Below are positions 17,519-26,109 of a DNA stretch of 64,000 nucleotides, in pieces. Position 1 is the stretch's first letter, and each line of letters begins with the position of its first letter. The notes under the pieces are model-generated. The model made no database searches. It worked only from the letters and a program-made list of their open reading frames with translations, and had not been told where the DNA came from. The translations under genes were made by a program, and so were the position numbers. The DNA is from an uncultured virus (IMG/VR IMGVR_UViG_2877800095_000002) (Duplodnaviria; Heunggongvirae; Uroviricota; Caudoviricetes): IMG/VR virus record IMGVR_UViG_2877800095_000002; one strand, written 5' to 3'.

Positions 17519-18072
17519 CTAAGCTGTTCCAATAGCTCTTTTCGTTCGCGTGCTACCTGAAGCAGAGTTTCCGCTTCCTGGCTGCGTAGTGCGAGTTCGT
17601 ATGGGATACGTTGTTGCTTGGCGCCCTGTTGGTTGTAAACCTTGTCCCATGGCATGTTCTCAAGGTGTGTAGCCTCGACCATGTCATCAGCAAGCGCATC
17701 GGCGTACTCCTCGGCAAGACGGTGCATTAACAGCATCTCACGACGAGTAAAGTTCTGATCCGAGAACTCTATATTTGGAGTGACATCAAGCATGACCTGG
17801 CGACCATTCCTGATCGGCTTTTGGGTAAAGGTCATCGATGCCGCCATATCGGGTTGCGGCAAGTCTATTTCTGCCACCAGATCGACTGGCACCGGCCCCA
17901 TGGGCCAAGCGCTGTAATCCAGTCCGGTCACGCTTCGACCAGTATCTTTGAAGTGCTCGAAATCAAGGAAGTAGAGAAGCTTAAAGAGCTTCACCTTCCC
18001 GCAGTTTCTGGTGTTTTGGACGAAAAAAATGATCGCTTGAATCAGCTTTTCTCGTTCGTGAGTGATGAGCAT
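17515..18072 (-). CDS. Panacea (SocA/DUF4065) antitoxin
   Basis: KLFKLLYFLD..H..TGRSVTG..Y.AWPMGPVP, TH...PW. Confidence 0.88.
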   Translation of the reverse strand: MLITHEREKLIQAIIFFVQNTRNCGKVKLFKLLYFLDFEHFKDTGRSVTGLDYSAWPMGPVPVDLVAEIDLPQPDMAASMTFTQKPIRNGRQVMLDVTPNIEFSDQNFTRREMLLMHRLAEEYADALADDMVEATHLENMPWDKVYNQQGAKQQRIPYELALRSQEAETLLQVARERKELLEQLR

Positions 18073-18186
18073 GGGTCTTTCTCCTATTGCCCTCAGCTTA
18101 TCACATGCGGTCTTGACTAAGAATTGTCAAGACGCTAGGCCGCTCCGGGAGTGTTGCTCAGAATTTCTGCCCGTTCCACCCGTAGA

Positions 18187-18819
18187 TCACCTGAACTTGC
18201 GGATAGCTCGGGTGACAACGCCGACCATCTCGCAGTTGTCGTCGATGGATAGCATGCGATATGCGGGGTTCAGGGGTTTCAAGTACTTCTGGCCTGCGTC
18301 GGACACGAACTGTTTGAAGGTTGCCTCGTTGCTGTCGGCCAGCTTCGCAACCACCAGATCGCCAGGCCTCGGCTCGAGCCCGGTGTCGACGAGAATCAGC
18401 ATGCCTTCCGGAATGCTCTCGCCGGCCGGGGCCGTCATCGAATCCCCCTTCACCTCCAGCCAGAATGACCTTCCCTTACCCTTGTAGTCACTGAGTTCGA
18501 ATGTATCGAAGCCGGCCGGCTCTATCGCTTCGCGCCAAGCGCCTGCGGCGACCCAGCTAACTATCGGGTATCGATACATGCGGGTCGGCTGATCTGCTGG
18601 TGCCACGTTCTGCATTCGATCATCAGGCAACTGGATTGTGAGAGGGGGCAGATTGAGCAAGGTCAACATTTGATTGATGTCGGCAATGCTGGGCTCTCTC
18701 CGCCCGTTTAGCCAGTGCGCTACGGCCCCCTGAGTTTTCCCCATCTGCTCTGCGAGCTGCGCTTGTGTGATGTCCTGCCGCGCCATGGCATTGCGGACTA
18801 TCTGTATCCAGTTATTCAT
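18187..18819 (-). CDS. cI: CI-like repressor (HTH plus S24 peptidase)
   Basis: TQAQLAEQMGKTQGAVAHWLNG; VKGDSM; ATFKQF. Confidence 0.95.
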   Translation of the reverse strand: MNNWIQIVRNAMARQDITQAQLAEQMGKTQGAVAHWLNGRREPSIADINQMLTLLNLPPLTIQLPDDRMQNVAPADQPTRMYRYPIVSWVAAGAWREAIEPAGFDTFELSDYKGKGRSFWLEVKGDSMTAPAGESIPEGMLILVDTGLEPRPGDLVVAKLADSNEATFKQFVSDAGQKYLKPLNPAYRMLSIDDNCEMVGVVTRAIRKFR

Positions 18820-18830
18820 GGGCGGAATGC

Positions 18831-18903
18831 TACAGACCGTATTAGCAAGTGCAACGCACGTCATGTACTAATCCTTGCAAGAAATAAGTACGAAATGTAT
18901 TTT
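18831..18903. promoter_or_regulatory. OR operators and PR promoter
   Basis: TAC-N5-GTA at 18831-18841 and 18889-18899, degenerate copy at 18857-18867; TTGCAA-17-TATTTT. Confidence 0.75.
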
Positions 18904-18934
18904 TAAAAAAGGACACTTCACCTTGGAGGAAGCC

Positions 18935-19177
18935 ATGAGTGCCTTGAAAGCCATCCGCAAGCAGGCGGGTGTGACCCAGACCCAGCTTGCCGAGCGAGTT
19001 GGGCTGACCCAGGCCGCGATCGGCCACTACGAAACAGGGCGCCGTAAGCCTGGGCTCAGTGAATGCCGACGCATCGTGGCGGCACTGAACGACCTTGGTG
19101 CTGAGTGCACGCTGGCTGAAGCTTTCCCTGAGCCAGAGCATGACTCGCTTGCTGTATCCGTCCAAATGGCGTCCTGA
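18935..19177 (+). CDS. cro: Cro-like HTH regulator
   Basis: TQTQLAERVGLTQAAIGHYETG; divergent from cI; GGAGG RBS. Confidence 0.9.
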   Translation: MSALKAIRKQAGVTQTQLAERVGLTQAAIGHYETGRRKPGLSECRRIVAALNDLGAECTLAEAFPEPEHDSLAVSVQMAS

Positions 19178-19179
19178 CC

Positions 19180-19650
19180 ATGTCGACGAGCAAGTTAACT
19201 CCCGAGCAATCGAGCTCTAGCTTCGGCGGGGTGGTAGGCGGCCTTACCTTGACGCAGTCCCAGCTTGGCCTGGTGCTGCTTGCCAATCGGTGCGAGCCGG
19301 ACAGCACTGAGCTGTTCCTCCGCGTCACCGCCCACGATCTGCCCGTCCAGTTCTACACGCCGCTGCACACCAGCCATGGACCCCGGATCGGGTTCCTCCA
19401 TTTCACGCTGGGCTCAACGGAGGAGGTGGGGGGCGTCACGACAGGAACGTACGAACTATCTCGACTGCTCGAGGCAGATTGTCCATGCCCAGGTCCAGTA
19501 GTCGCGTTGTCAGGTGTTTTATGGAATCGGCGGGCAGTCCTCGAAGCGCTTGAACAAGCTGGATTTTCTCCTCCGGCGTCACCTGCTGATCACTCGCCGT
19601 GGCGAGACGTAGCTCGATCATCTGGCGGAGAGAGTCCTCATGAAACTTGA
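19180..19650 (+). CDS. Hypothetical protein after cro
   Basis: Starts 2 nt after the cro stop; coding-like codon usage in its 5' half. Confidence 0.5.
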   Translation: MSTSKLTPEQSSSSFGGVVGGLTLTQSQLGLVLLANRCEPDSTELFLRVTAHDLPVQFYTPLHTSHGPRIGFLHFTLGSTEEVGGVTTGTYELSRLLEADCPCPGPVVALSGVLWNRRAVLEALEQAGFSPPASPADHSPWRDVARSSGGESPHET

Positions 19651-19948
19651 TCGTCACCGGCCCCAGGATTGCGCTCAGACCTCCGTCGTCTGCCAGAAAG
19701 TCGATTCCCTTGGCGCTGATCTCTGCGTACAGCAGCTCGCGCCCCTCGCTCATGAGGTCAGTGATCTTCGCCCGGATCAGGCCGTGCTCGTGCAGGTAGG
19801 CGCAGCAGGCGGTGAGCATCTTGGTGTCGTCGAAGAGATCGGAGAGCCCATCGGTATGTACCGGATCGGGATACGCGTCCGCCAAGCGGTCCAGAACGGC
19901 TTTCTGAGTCGTGCGATCGATTTTCAAGTTTTCAGCCTCCTCGGCCAT
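19436..19948 (-). CDS. Hypothetical protein, wHTH-like N-terminus
   Basis: YLHEHGLI...ISAKGIDFL pattern; GC3-rich codons. Confidence 0.7.
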   Translation of the reverse strand: MAEEAENLKIDRTTQKAVLDRLADAYPDPVHTDGLSDLFDDTKMLTACCAYLHEHGLIRAKITDLMSEGRELLYAEISAKGIDFLADDGGLSAILGPVTIKFHEDSLRQMIELRLATASDQQVTPEEKIQLVQALRGLPADSIKHLTTRLLDLGMDNLPRAVEIVRTFLS

Positions 19949-20030
19949 CGCGCTGTAAGGGGAGCCAGGTATAGCGCGGTCATCCGTGCGTCATGGCGAA
20001 ATGATCCTAACCGTGTGGGAGACGCAGTGC

Positions 20031-20603
20031 ATGCGGAATGAGTCGCACACCCTGATTTCCACGCTGCTCGGCGTGGTGAACCAATGGCGCCGCCGAGAGG
20101 GGTGGAGCCGAGAGACCGTGGTCCAGCACATCGTGGAGGCGCACGAGCGCATCCAGGGAGCGCTGGTCACCGGCATCGTCTTCGACCCGCCGACGCGCGA
20201 TACAACCGAGAGGATGAAGGTCAACGCCGACCGCGTGTTCCGCTGGCTCGACGACGGAACCAAGGACACCAACCTGGTGCCGGCGAACTTCGTACCCAGC
20301 ATCCTCGCCGCGCTGCCGACTGACCTGAAGGTCCAGGCCCTGGGCGACATCCTGACGCCGCTGGGCGTGTCGGTGCGCTTGATCGGCGGCGATGCTGGCC
20401 AGCGGCCGGAGGTGCTCTGCATGCTCCGGACACTCATCAAGGAGAACGGTGAGGCGCAGCAGGCCGTGGCCAACCTCGTCGACGGCGCTGATGACCAGGA
20501 ACTGCAGGAGGCCCACCGGGAGCTCTCCGAATCCAGGGCGGCGACCGATGAGGCGCTGCGGATGATCGACCAGATGCGCCGGCCGCGCCTTGTTCAGGGG
20601 TAG
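20031..20603 (+). CDS. YdaT-like (CII-equivalent) regulator
   Basis: Position between cro and replication genes; NADRVFRWLD..PSILAALP. Confidence 0.6.
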   Translation: MRNESHTLISTLLGVVNQWRRREGWSRETVVQHIVEAHERIQGALVTGIVFDPPTRDTTERMKVNADRVFRWLDDGTKDTNLVPANFVPSILAALPTDLKVQALGDILTPLGVSVRLIGGDAGQRPEVLCMLRTLIKENGEAQQAVANLVDGADDQELQEAHRELSESRAATDEALRMIDQMRRPRLVQG

Positions 20604-20605
20604 CC

Positions 20606-21568
20606 GTGCCGTCCTTCCAGATCAACGACGAGGAGCGGGAGGCGCTCCGCGGCCTACCCATGCTTGCCCGCGAGATCTACGTGTTCGCCCTGCGCCCGTT
20701 CATGGACTTCGCAACAGGCGTTGTCGGAGAACGGCGCGGGATCTCTTGGAAGTCGATCGCCGAGGAGCTCTACGTCGAGCCGCACCAGGGCATCAAGGGC
20801 GGCGAGCCTTCCGAAAAGGAACTGCGGCGGGCGCTGGTCTGGCTGCAGAAGGTGGGCCTGGTGGGCCCCAACTTGGCCGAAAGGCGCCTGATTTTTGAGT
20901 TGCCGAAGGCTTCACGGGATCAATCCGTCCGAAAAAAAGTGGGCACTAAGTGGGCAGATGAAGCGGGCAGTTATGTGGAAGGGTCGGAGCCCAGTAACTA
21001 CGCGGCTTTCCCGGAAAAAGAGGGCAGATATGTGGGAGGGGGTGAAAGTGAAAAAGTGGGCACACCTCCGGTATCCGGTATTCCTCCTACTACTCCACCG
21101 CGCGAGGACCCGCAGCCCGGACAGCGATTCCCCATGCATGACGCCTGGCTACCCAGCGCCAGGGGCTGGCCCGCGACACTGACCCGTAACGGCATGAAGA
21201 ACTACCAGCTACGCGACGAGGATCTCCTCGAGTTCCGTAGCTACTGGATCAACCGCCCCGAGAAGTATCAGTCCCAGGGCCAGTGGGAACACGAACTTGC
21301 GCAGAACCTCCTCCGCAACCAGCGCTTCGACCAGAACAGGAGCAGCTATGGAAACCAAGCAGGAAACGCCGAAGGCCAAGCCGGCCATCGTGCCGCAAAG
21401 CGCGGCCTCTCACATCGACAAGGCCCTCGCTCAGCCGTCGACCGCGTCAACGCAATCGTCGCCGCCAACGAGGCTGCCCGACAGGCTGCTGGAACGCCTC
21501 TGGGTGAAGATGACCGAGATGTACGGGCACCGCTGGACGTCGAGTTTTGGCGACAACCCGAATCCTGA
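20606..21568 (+). CDS. Replication initiator (O-like) with DnaT-like C-terminal domain
   Basis: Internal iterons; FPMH..W.P..L.EFRSYW. Confidence 0.75.
   Translation: MPSFQINDEEREALRGLPMLAREIYVFALRPFMDFATGVVGERRGISWKSIAEELYVEPHQGIKGGEPSEKELRRALVWLQKVGLVGPNLAERRLIFELPKASRDQSVRKKVGTKWADEAGSYVEGSEPSNYAAFPEKEGRYVGGGESEKVGTPPVSGIPPTTPPREDPQPGQRFPMHDAWLPSARGWPATLTRNGMKNYQLRDEDLLEFRSYWINRPEKYQSQGQWEHELAQNLLRNQRFDQNRSSYGNQAGNAEGQAGHRAAKRGLSHRQGPRSAVDRVNAIVAANEAARQAAGTPLGEDDRDVRAPLDVEFWRQPES
20937..21062 (+). repeat. Five AAGnGGGCA iterons, probable phage origin
   Basis: Copies start at 20937, 20948, 20961, 21018 and 21054. Confidence 0.7.
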
Positions 21569-22109
21569 CGGCGCCTGGGCTACGGTGCTCCAGGGGCTGA
21601 CCGGCCAGCAATTGGCCCACGGGCTCAACATGCTGACGTTCATGGGCAGCCGGTTCGACTGGCCGCCGGCGGCGCCGACATTCCGGGAGCTCTGCTTGAG
21701 CGTCCAGCCGGAGTCGCTCGGTCTGCCGGACCACGACACCGCGTTCAACCAGGCTCTGGCGTGCCGCTACCGCCACCAGGTGGTCAAGGCCGCCGCCGAG
21801 GCCACCGGCGTTTTCGATCTGCGCACCGGCGAGGTGAACGACGATCGCCTCCGCAAGCGCTTCGGGTTCCACTACGCAGAGATGGTCCGGCGGTGGGCAA
21901 ACAACATCCCGCTGAGCCAGCCCGTCATCCACGCGATTGAGCATGACACCGGGAAGAGCCTGCTGGACCTGGCCGAGGATGAGGCCGAGCAGCAGCTCCG
22001 CCGGCGGATGCAGGCCCAGGGCCTGGATGGGCTCAGTGGCGCACAGGCGCGGGAAATGCTGCTGGCCAAGATGCGCCGGAAAGCGCCGGAGGTGCGCCGT
22101 GATGCATGA
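21348..22109 (+). CDS. Replication protein P-like; start uncertain
   Basis: MYG.RW.S.FG, W...L..L...Q...G, WPP.AP.F..LC. Confidence 0.7.
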   Translation: METKQETPKAKPAIVPQSAASHIDKALAQPSTASTQSSPPTRLPDRLLERLWVKMTEMYGHRWTSSFGDNPNPDGAWATVLQGLTGQQLAHGLNMLTFMGSRFDWPPAAPTFRELCLSVQPESLGLPDHDTAFNQALACRYRHQVVKAAAEATGVFDLRTGEVNDDRLRKRFGFHYAEMVRRWANNIPLSQPVIHAIEHDTGKSLLDLAEDEAEQQLRRRMQAQGLDGLSGAQAREMLLAKMRRKAPEVRRDA

Positions 22110-22545
22110 CCTCCGCCCGGTGATGTTCACCGTACCCGGCGAGCCGGTGGGGAAGGGGAGGCCGCGCATCGGTCGCGTCGGCGCCCACGCCAGGATGTTC
22201 ACTCCGGCGAAGACGGCGAACTACGAGGGGTTGATCGCGCACAGCGGACAGCAGGCCATGGCAGGTCGCGCGCTGTTCGAGGGCCCGGTGCTGGTCGAAC
22301 TCGACATCGCGCTGAGCATCCCTCAATCGATGTCGAAAAAGCGGAAGTCGCTGGCCCTGGCCGGCGGCCTGTACCCCACCAAGAAGCCCGACATGGACAA
22401 CGTGATCAAAGCGATCTACGACGGCCTGAACGGCGTGGTCTGGAAGGACGACGTCCAAGTCGTGAAGGCGGTGGTGGGGAAGCGCTACGGCGAAACGCCG
22501 GGCGTGCGAGTGAAAGTCGTCCCTCTCCTCGAGGGCGAGCAGTGA
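22102..22545 (+). CDS. rusA: RusA Holliday junction resolvase
   Basis: GKGRPR, KPDMDNVIKAIYDGLNG..WKDD.QV. Confidence 0.92.
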   Translation: MHDLRPVMFTVPGEPVGKGRPRIGRVGAHARMFTPAKTANYEGLIAHSGQQAMAGRALFEGPVLVELDIALSIPQSMSKKRKSLALAGGLYPTKKPDMDNVIKAIYDGLNGVVWKDDVQVVKAVVGKRYGETPGVRVKVVPLLEGEQ

Positions 22546-22573
22546 CCACAGAAAACCACAGGGGAGAGCCGAA

Positions 22574-23443
22574 ATGAAACTGACCAGCGCCCGCCAGGCA
22601 TGGCACGACGCACTTTACGAGAACCGCGATTCGGTTCTCGCCGTGGCCGCGGAGAAGGCGAAACTCGGCAAGCGGGGGCGGGTGGCCAACGAGACGCACC
22701 CGGACCGCAAGGACACCAACGGGCGCTCCGCCCACATGCTGGCCGCCGGCCTGGTGATGGCTGCCATCGGCACGCTGCCAAAGCCGCTGCAGCACTTCGG
22801 ACACACGCTGTACTCGCCGCTGGCCACTGGTGACGACGTTGCGATCGCTCACGGCCTGGTGTGGATCGGCGCCGGCCTTGGCCAGCTCACACAGCGCCAG
22901 GCCGAGCGCGCCTACTGGATGGCGCTGGCGGCGATCAACTCGCACAAGCGGGCGGTGAATGGCCGGGACACGCTGGGCCCGGGCGAGGTCTGCCTGTTCA
23001 TCGAGGAGCGCCTGGGCTGCCGCGTTGACCCCTGCAACTGGGCGCGGGACTACGCCGCCACCTGGGAGCGCCTGGCGCGCCACGTCGACAAGCTGGACGC
23101 GCAGGCGCTCAGGCCGGTTGCCGAGGTTGTGGCGAAGCAGAGTGGGCTGCGGAAAGGGCCAGGCTGGCGCTGGTTGCAGGAAGATCGCGACATTGTCGCC
23201 GAGCAGCGCGCCGAGCTTTACTCCCGCCACCGCGAGCAGATGCAGGAGCGCCTTGCCGAACGCCTGCGTAGCATGTCCAACCAGCAATTGGCAGCCTGGG
23301 CGGGCCGGATGAGGCGCTACAGTGACGCCTATCGCGCTGAGTGGAAGGACGACGTCTACGAGCAGCCGGACGTGCACCAGCGATACCACGACCGCGTGGC
23401 GGCGTACTGGGCCCAGCGGGAGCGCCTTCGGGACGTCGCATGA
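22574..23443 (+). CDS. Probable late antiterminator (Q position)
   Basis: Position before the late promoter and terminator; no clear motif. Confidence 0.5.
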   Translation: MKLTSARQAWHDALYENRDSVLAVAAEKAKLGKRGRVANETHPDRKDTNGRSAHMLAAGLVMAAIGTLPKPLQHFGHTLYSPLATGDDVAIAHGLVWIGAGLGQLTQRQAERAYWMALAAINSHKRAVNGRDTLGPGEVCLFIEERLGCRVDPCNWARDYAATWERLARHVDKLDAQALRPVAEVVAKQSGLRKGPGWRWLQEDRDIVAEQRAELYSRHREQMQERLAERLRSMSNQQLAAWAGRMRRYSDAYRAEWKDDVYEQPDVHQRYHDRVAAYWAQRERLRDVA

Positions 23444-23479
23444 AGACGCCGCCTCGCAGGTGGGCGAGGCGGCGTCTTC
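23442..23479. terminator. 16-bp stem hairpin between convergent genes
   Basis: GAAGACGCCGCCTCGC-6-GCGAGGCGGCGTCTTC. Confidence 0.6.
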
Positions 23480-23502
23480 GGCGCGAGCTTCATGCGAAGG
23501 GT

Positions 23503-23811
23503 TTACTTCTCATAGTGGTAGCGGCAGGAGATCACGAACAGCTGGTTGTTTTCGTACAGGTAGACGAAACGATGCTCGCGGGTGATGCGACGCGACCAGA
23601 AGCCAGAGAGGCTGCCCTTGAGGGCTTCGGGCTTTCCGGTGCCAGTGAAGGGAGTGCGGGTGCACTCTTCGACGAAGTCGTCGATAGCCTGGGAGATCTT
23701 GGCATCGGTGGACTTCCAGTGCTGGTAGTCTTCCCAACCGTTGGTTGTGAAGGTGACCTTTGCGGTGGTGCGGGCTTGCTCTTTGTTACTTTCTTTCTTC
23801 TTGCTGGACAT
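23503..23811 (-). CDS. yoeB: YoeB/Txe toxin
   Basis: WEDYQHW..PFTGTGKPEALK..LSGFWSRRITREHRFVY..SCRYHY. Confidence 0.95.
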   Translation of the reverse strand: MSSKKKESNKEQARTTAKVTFTTNGWEDYQHWKSTDAKISQAIDDFVEECTRTPFTGTGKPEALKGSLSGFWSRRITREHRFVYLYENNQLFVISCRYHYEK

Positions 23812-24061
23812 TGATCGGTATCTCCCGTTCGACGACTTGGCCGGACCGAAGCTGATCAATGGACTCGCGTAGGCGCTGAGCGTTAACCGGAGACTCCAAC
23901 AAGTAGAGTGTTTCCTTCATGCCGTTATAGTCCTCGAGAGAGATCATAACGACTGGCTCGCCGCGTTGCCGTGTGATGACTGCGGGCTCATGGTCCCGAC
24001 AGACATCGTCCATCGTCTGCTTTAGACCGGCGCGAGCCTGGCTAAAGTTGAGTATTTGCAT
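23786..24061 (-). CDS. yefM: YefM/Phd antitoxin
   Basis: FSQAR..L..MD.V..DHEP.VITRQ..V.ISLEDY..MKETLYLL.SP.NA.RL. Confidence 0.95.
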   Translation of the reverse strand: MQILNFSQARAGLKQTMDDVCRDHEPAVITRQRGEPVVMISLEDYNGMKETLYLLESPVNAQRLRESIDQLRSGQVVEREIPINVQQEERK

Positions 24062-24168
24062 AGCTTTTTTCCTTCTTGGCACCGCCAAGTTAGGGGGGCT
24101 TCCTTAGGCCCTGGTAATTTGCCGGCACAGCCGGCAGCGAAGCTGTCAGTTACAAACTGACGGCGATC

Positions 24169-24196
24169 ATTGTACCTAAATCTGTACCTATGTCAA
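24169..24196 (-). promoter_or_regulatory. yefM-yoeB promoter and operator
   Basis: TTGACA-16-TACAAT overlapping two TAGGTACA direct repeats. Confidence 0.75.
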
Positions 24197-24203
24197 GGCC
24201 CTA

Positions 24204-24306
24204 TTGCGCTTTGAAGAGCATTTGGGTACTGTTCCACCAATGTGCACAGTTGCACCCGCACGAATAAACACACCGAAACCCGGCCATCGCGCCGGGTTTT
24301 TTGTTT
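24204..24306 (+). promoter_or_regulatory. Late promoter PR' and terminator tR'
   Basis: TTGCGC-17-TACTGT, then AAACCCGGC-CATCGC-GCCGGGTTTTTT. Confidence 0.65.
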
Positions 24307-24322
24307 CCAGCCGGAGGACCAG

Positions 24323-24646
24323 ATGGAACCCACGACCTCCATCGGTATTGGCGCGCTGTTTGCCAAGTACAGCGTGACCATCGCCGGGTTCTGGGGCTCC
24401 ATCCTCTCGCTCGGCTTCTTAAAGGACCTAACTCGCTTCCAAGCAGCCTTGGCGGTCGCCACCGGCTTCGGCTGCTCCACCTACTGGACCCAGCCTGTTG
24501 CTGGCTGGCTCTCCCGAACCTACCTCATCCCGTTGGATGATGCCTTCCTCGCTGGCGTCGCGTTCACCATCGGCCTGCTGGCCATGAACGTGATACCCGG
24601 CCTGAAAGCCTTTGCGGAGCGCTTCCTGACGCCCCGAGGTGCCTGA
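24323..24646 (+). CDS. Holin
   Basis: Three TM segments; first late gene; GGAGG RBS. Confidence 0.75.
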   Translation: MEPTTSIGIGALFAKYSVTIAGFWGSILSLGFLKDLTRFQAALAVATGFGCSTYWTQPVAGWLSRTYLIPLDDAFLAGVAFTIGLLAMNVIPGLKAFAERFLTPRGA

Positions 24647-24648
24647 CC

Positions 24649-24942
24649 ATGATGAACTCGATCCTCATGGGCTTGGACGCCGTGCTGTGCATTCTGGTGG
24701 TACTGGCCGCGCTGGAGTTCCTGCGCGCCGTTCACCTGTTCGAGCATCCAATCCTGAGCCTGTCGTTCTACCTGGTCGCAGTCGGAGCCTTCGGCTTGCT
24801 GAATGAGCTGGCAAAAGGCTACTGGGTCAACCCATGGGCTGTGGTGATGCACCTTGGCGTGGTTGGCTACGCCTGGTCGCGCCGCAAGCAGATTTTCCAG
24901 CAGGACTTGCAGTGGAATGGGGCGGAACGGCGTGGACGCTAG
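24649..24942 (+). CDS. Second holin-like membrane protein
   Basis: Three TM segments, basic C-terminus. Confidence 0.65.
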   Translation: MMNSILMGLDAVLCILVVLAALEFLRAVHLFEHPILSLSFYLVAVGAFGLLNELAKGYWVNPWAVVMHLGVVGYAWSRRKQIFQQDLQWNGAERRGR

Positions 24943-24996
24943 TGCCCTTCCGTACGTTGGTGGCACACTGCCTTCTCCAACCACGGAAAGGAGCTG

Positions 24997-25458
24997 GTGA
25001 TGTCTTTTGAGAAAACGACCGACGCACTTCGTAGTGCGCTGAATCGTGGCCCACAGGGGCGAGAAAACGCATCCAACACTCTGGATAGGACCGAGAACAC
25101 CATTTTCGGCGTTCTTGAAAGCGACAATGCGAAAGAACACTGGGAGACTAAGCTCCTGCGCGATTCTGAAGGAAAAGTCGTTGCCATCGAAACGCCATTC
25201 GGAGAAGCCCGTGTCGTCCGGCGAAACTATCTCAGCGAAGAAGGAACATTCGCGAAGGCAGTGATCGAGAAGAAGCTCGAGGACAAGCATGGGAATGCCT
25301 ACTGGAAACCTGTTTGGTCCCTTGAGGGAACCTCACGCGGATATTCACGCGTTGGCGGCGATAATACCGATGTGGAATTTGATCCGAACTTTCACCCTGG
25401 CGAAGTGATGAGGGCAGCAGCCGACATTATCATTGCTATCGGAAGGTGTACCGAGTAA
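24997..25458 (+). CDS. Moron hypothetical protein
   Basis: Lower GC, AAGGAG RBS, own terminator at about 25473-25498. Confidence 0.75.
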   Translation: MMSFEKTTDALRSALNRGPQGRENASNTLDRTENTIFGVLESDNAKEHWETKLLRDSEGKVVAIETPFGEARVVRRNYLSEEGTFAKAVIEKKLEDKHGNAYWKPVWSLEGTSRGYSRVGGDNTDVEFDPNFHPGEVMRAAADIIIAIGRCTE

Positions 25459-25512
25459 CCCGCAGCGCGTCAGAGCCCCGCCTAGAGCGGGGCTTTTCAT
25501 TTGAGGTCCAAC

Positions 25513-26109
25513 ATGGCGCTGAACAAAAAGCGGCGCCTGTTCGTCGAGGAGTACCTGGTCGACCTCAACGCGACGCAGGCAGCCATCCGAGCCGGCTACG
25601 CACCGAAGCGTGCGGCCGAGATGGGCTACGAGCTGCTCCGCATCCCCGAAGTGGCCGAGGCGATTGCCCAGGCTATGGCCGAGCGGTCGAAGCGCACCGA
25701 GGTATCGGCCGACTACGTCGTCCGCCGCCTGCGCGAGATCGACGAGATGGACGTCCTGGACATCCATGAGGACGACGGCAGCTTCAAGCCGATCCGCGAA
25801 TGGCCAAAGGTCTGGCGCCAGTTCCTTTCCGGCATCGAGGTCGCCGAGCTGTTCGAAGGCCGTGGTGATGACCGGCGCATTGCCGGCGTTCTCCGGAAGG
25901 TCAAGTGGCCGGACAAGCTCCGCAACCTGGAGCTGCTGAGCCGGCACGTCGGCACCGAGTCCGCCGCCCTGGACATCGAGCTGAAGCGCCTGGAAGTGGC
26001 GAAGAAACGCGCCGAGCTGAAGCTGCTGGAGAACCCCGAGGACGATGCGCCGCCGACCAGCGTCGCGGTGACCATCATCGACGCGAGGGTGCGCGATGCC
26101 GACGCTTAA
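25513..26109 (+). CDS. terS: Terminase small subunit
   Basis: FVEEYLVDLNATQAAIRAGY. Confidence 0.93.
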   Translation: MALNKKRRLFVEEYLVDLNATQAAIRAGYAPKRAAEMGYELLRIPEVAEAIAQAMAERSKRTEVSADYVVRRLREIDEMDVLDIHEDDGSFKPIREWPKVWRQFLSGIEVAELFEGRGDDRRIAGVLRKVKWPDKLRNLELLSRHVGTESAALDIELKRLEVAKKRAELKLLENPEDDAPPTSVAVTIIDARVRDADA

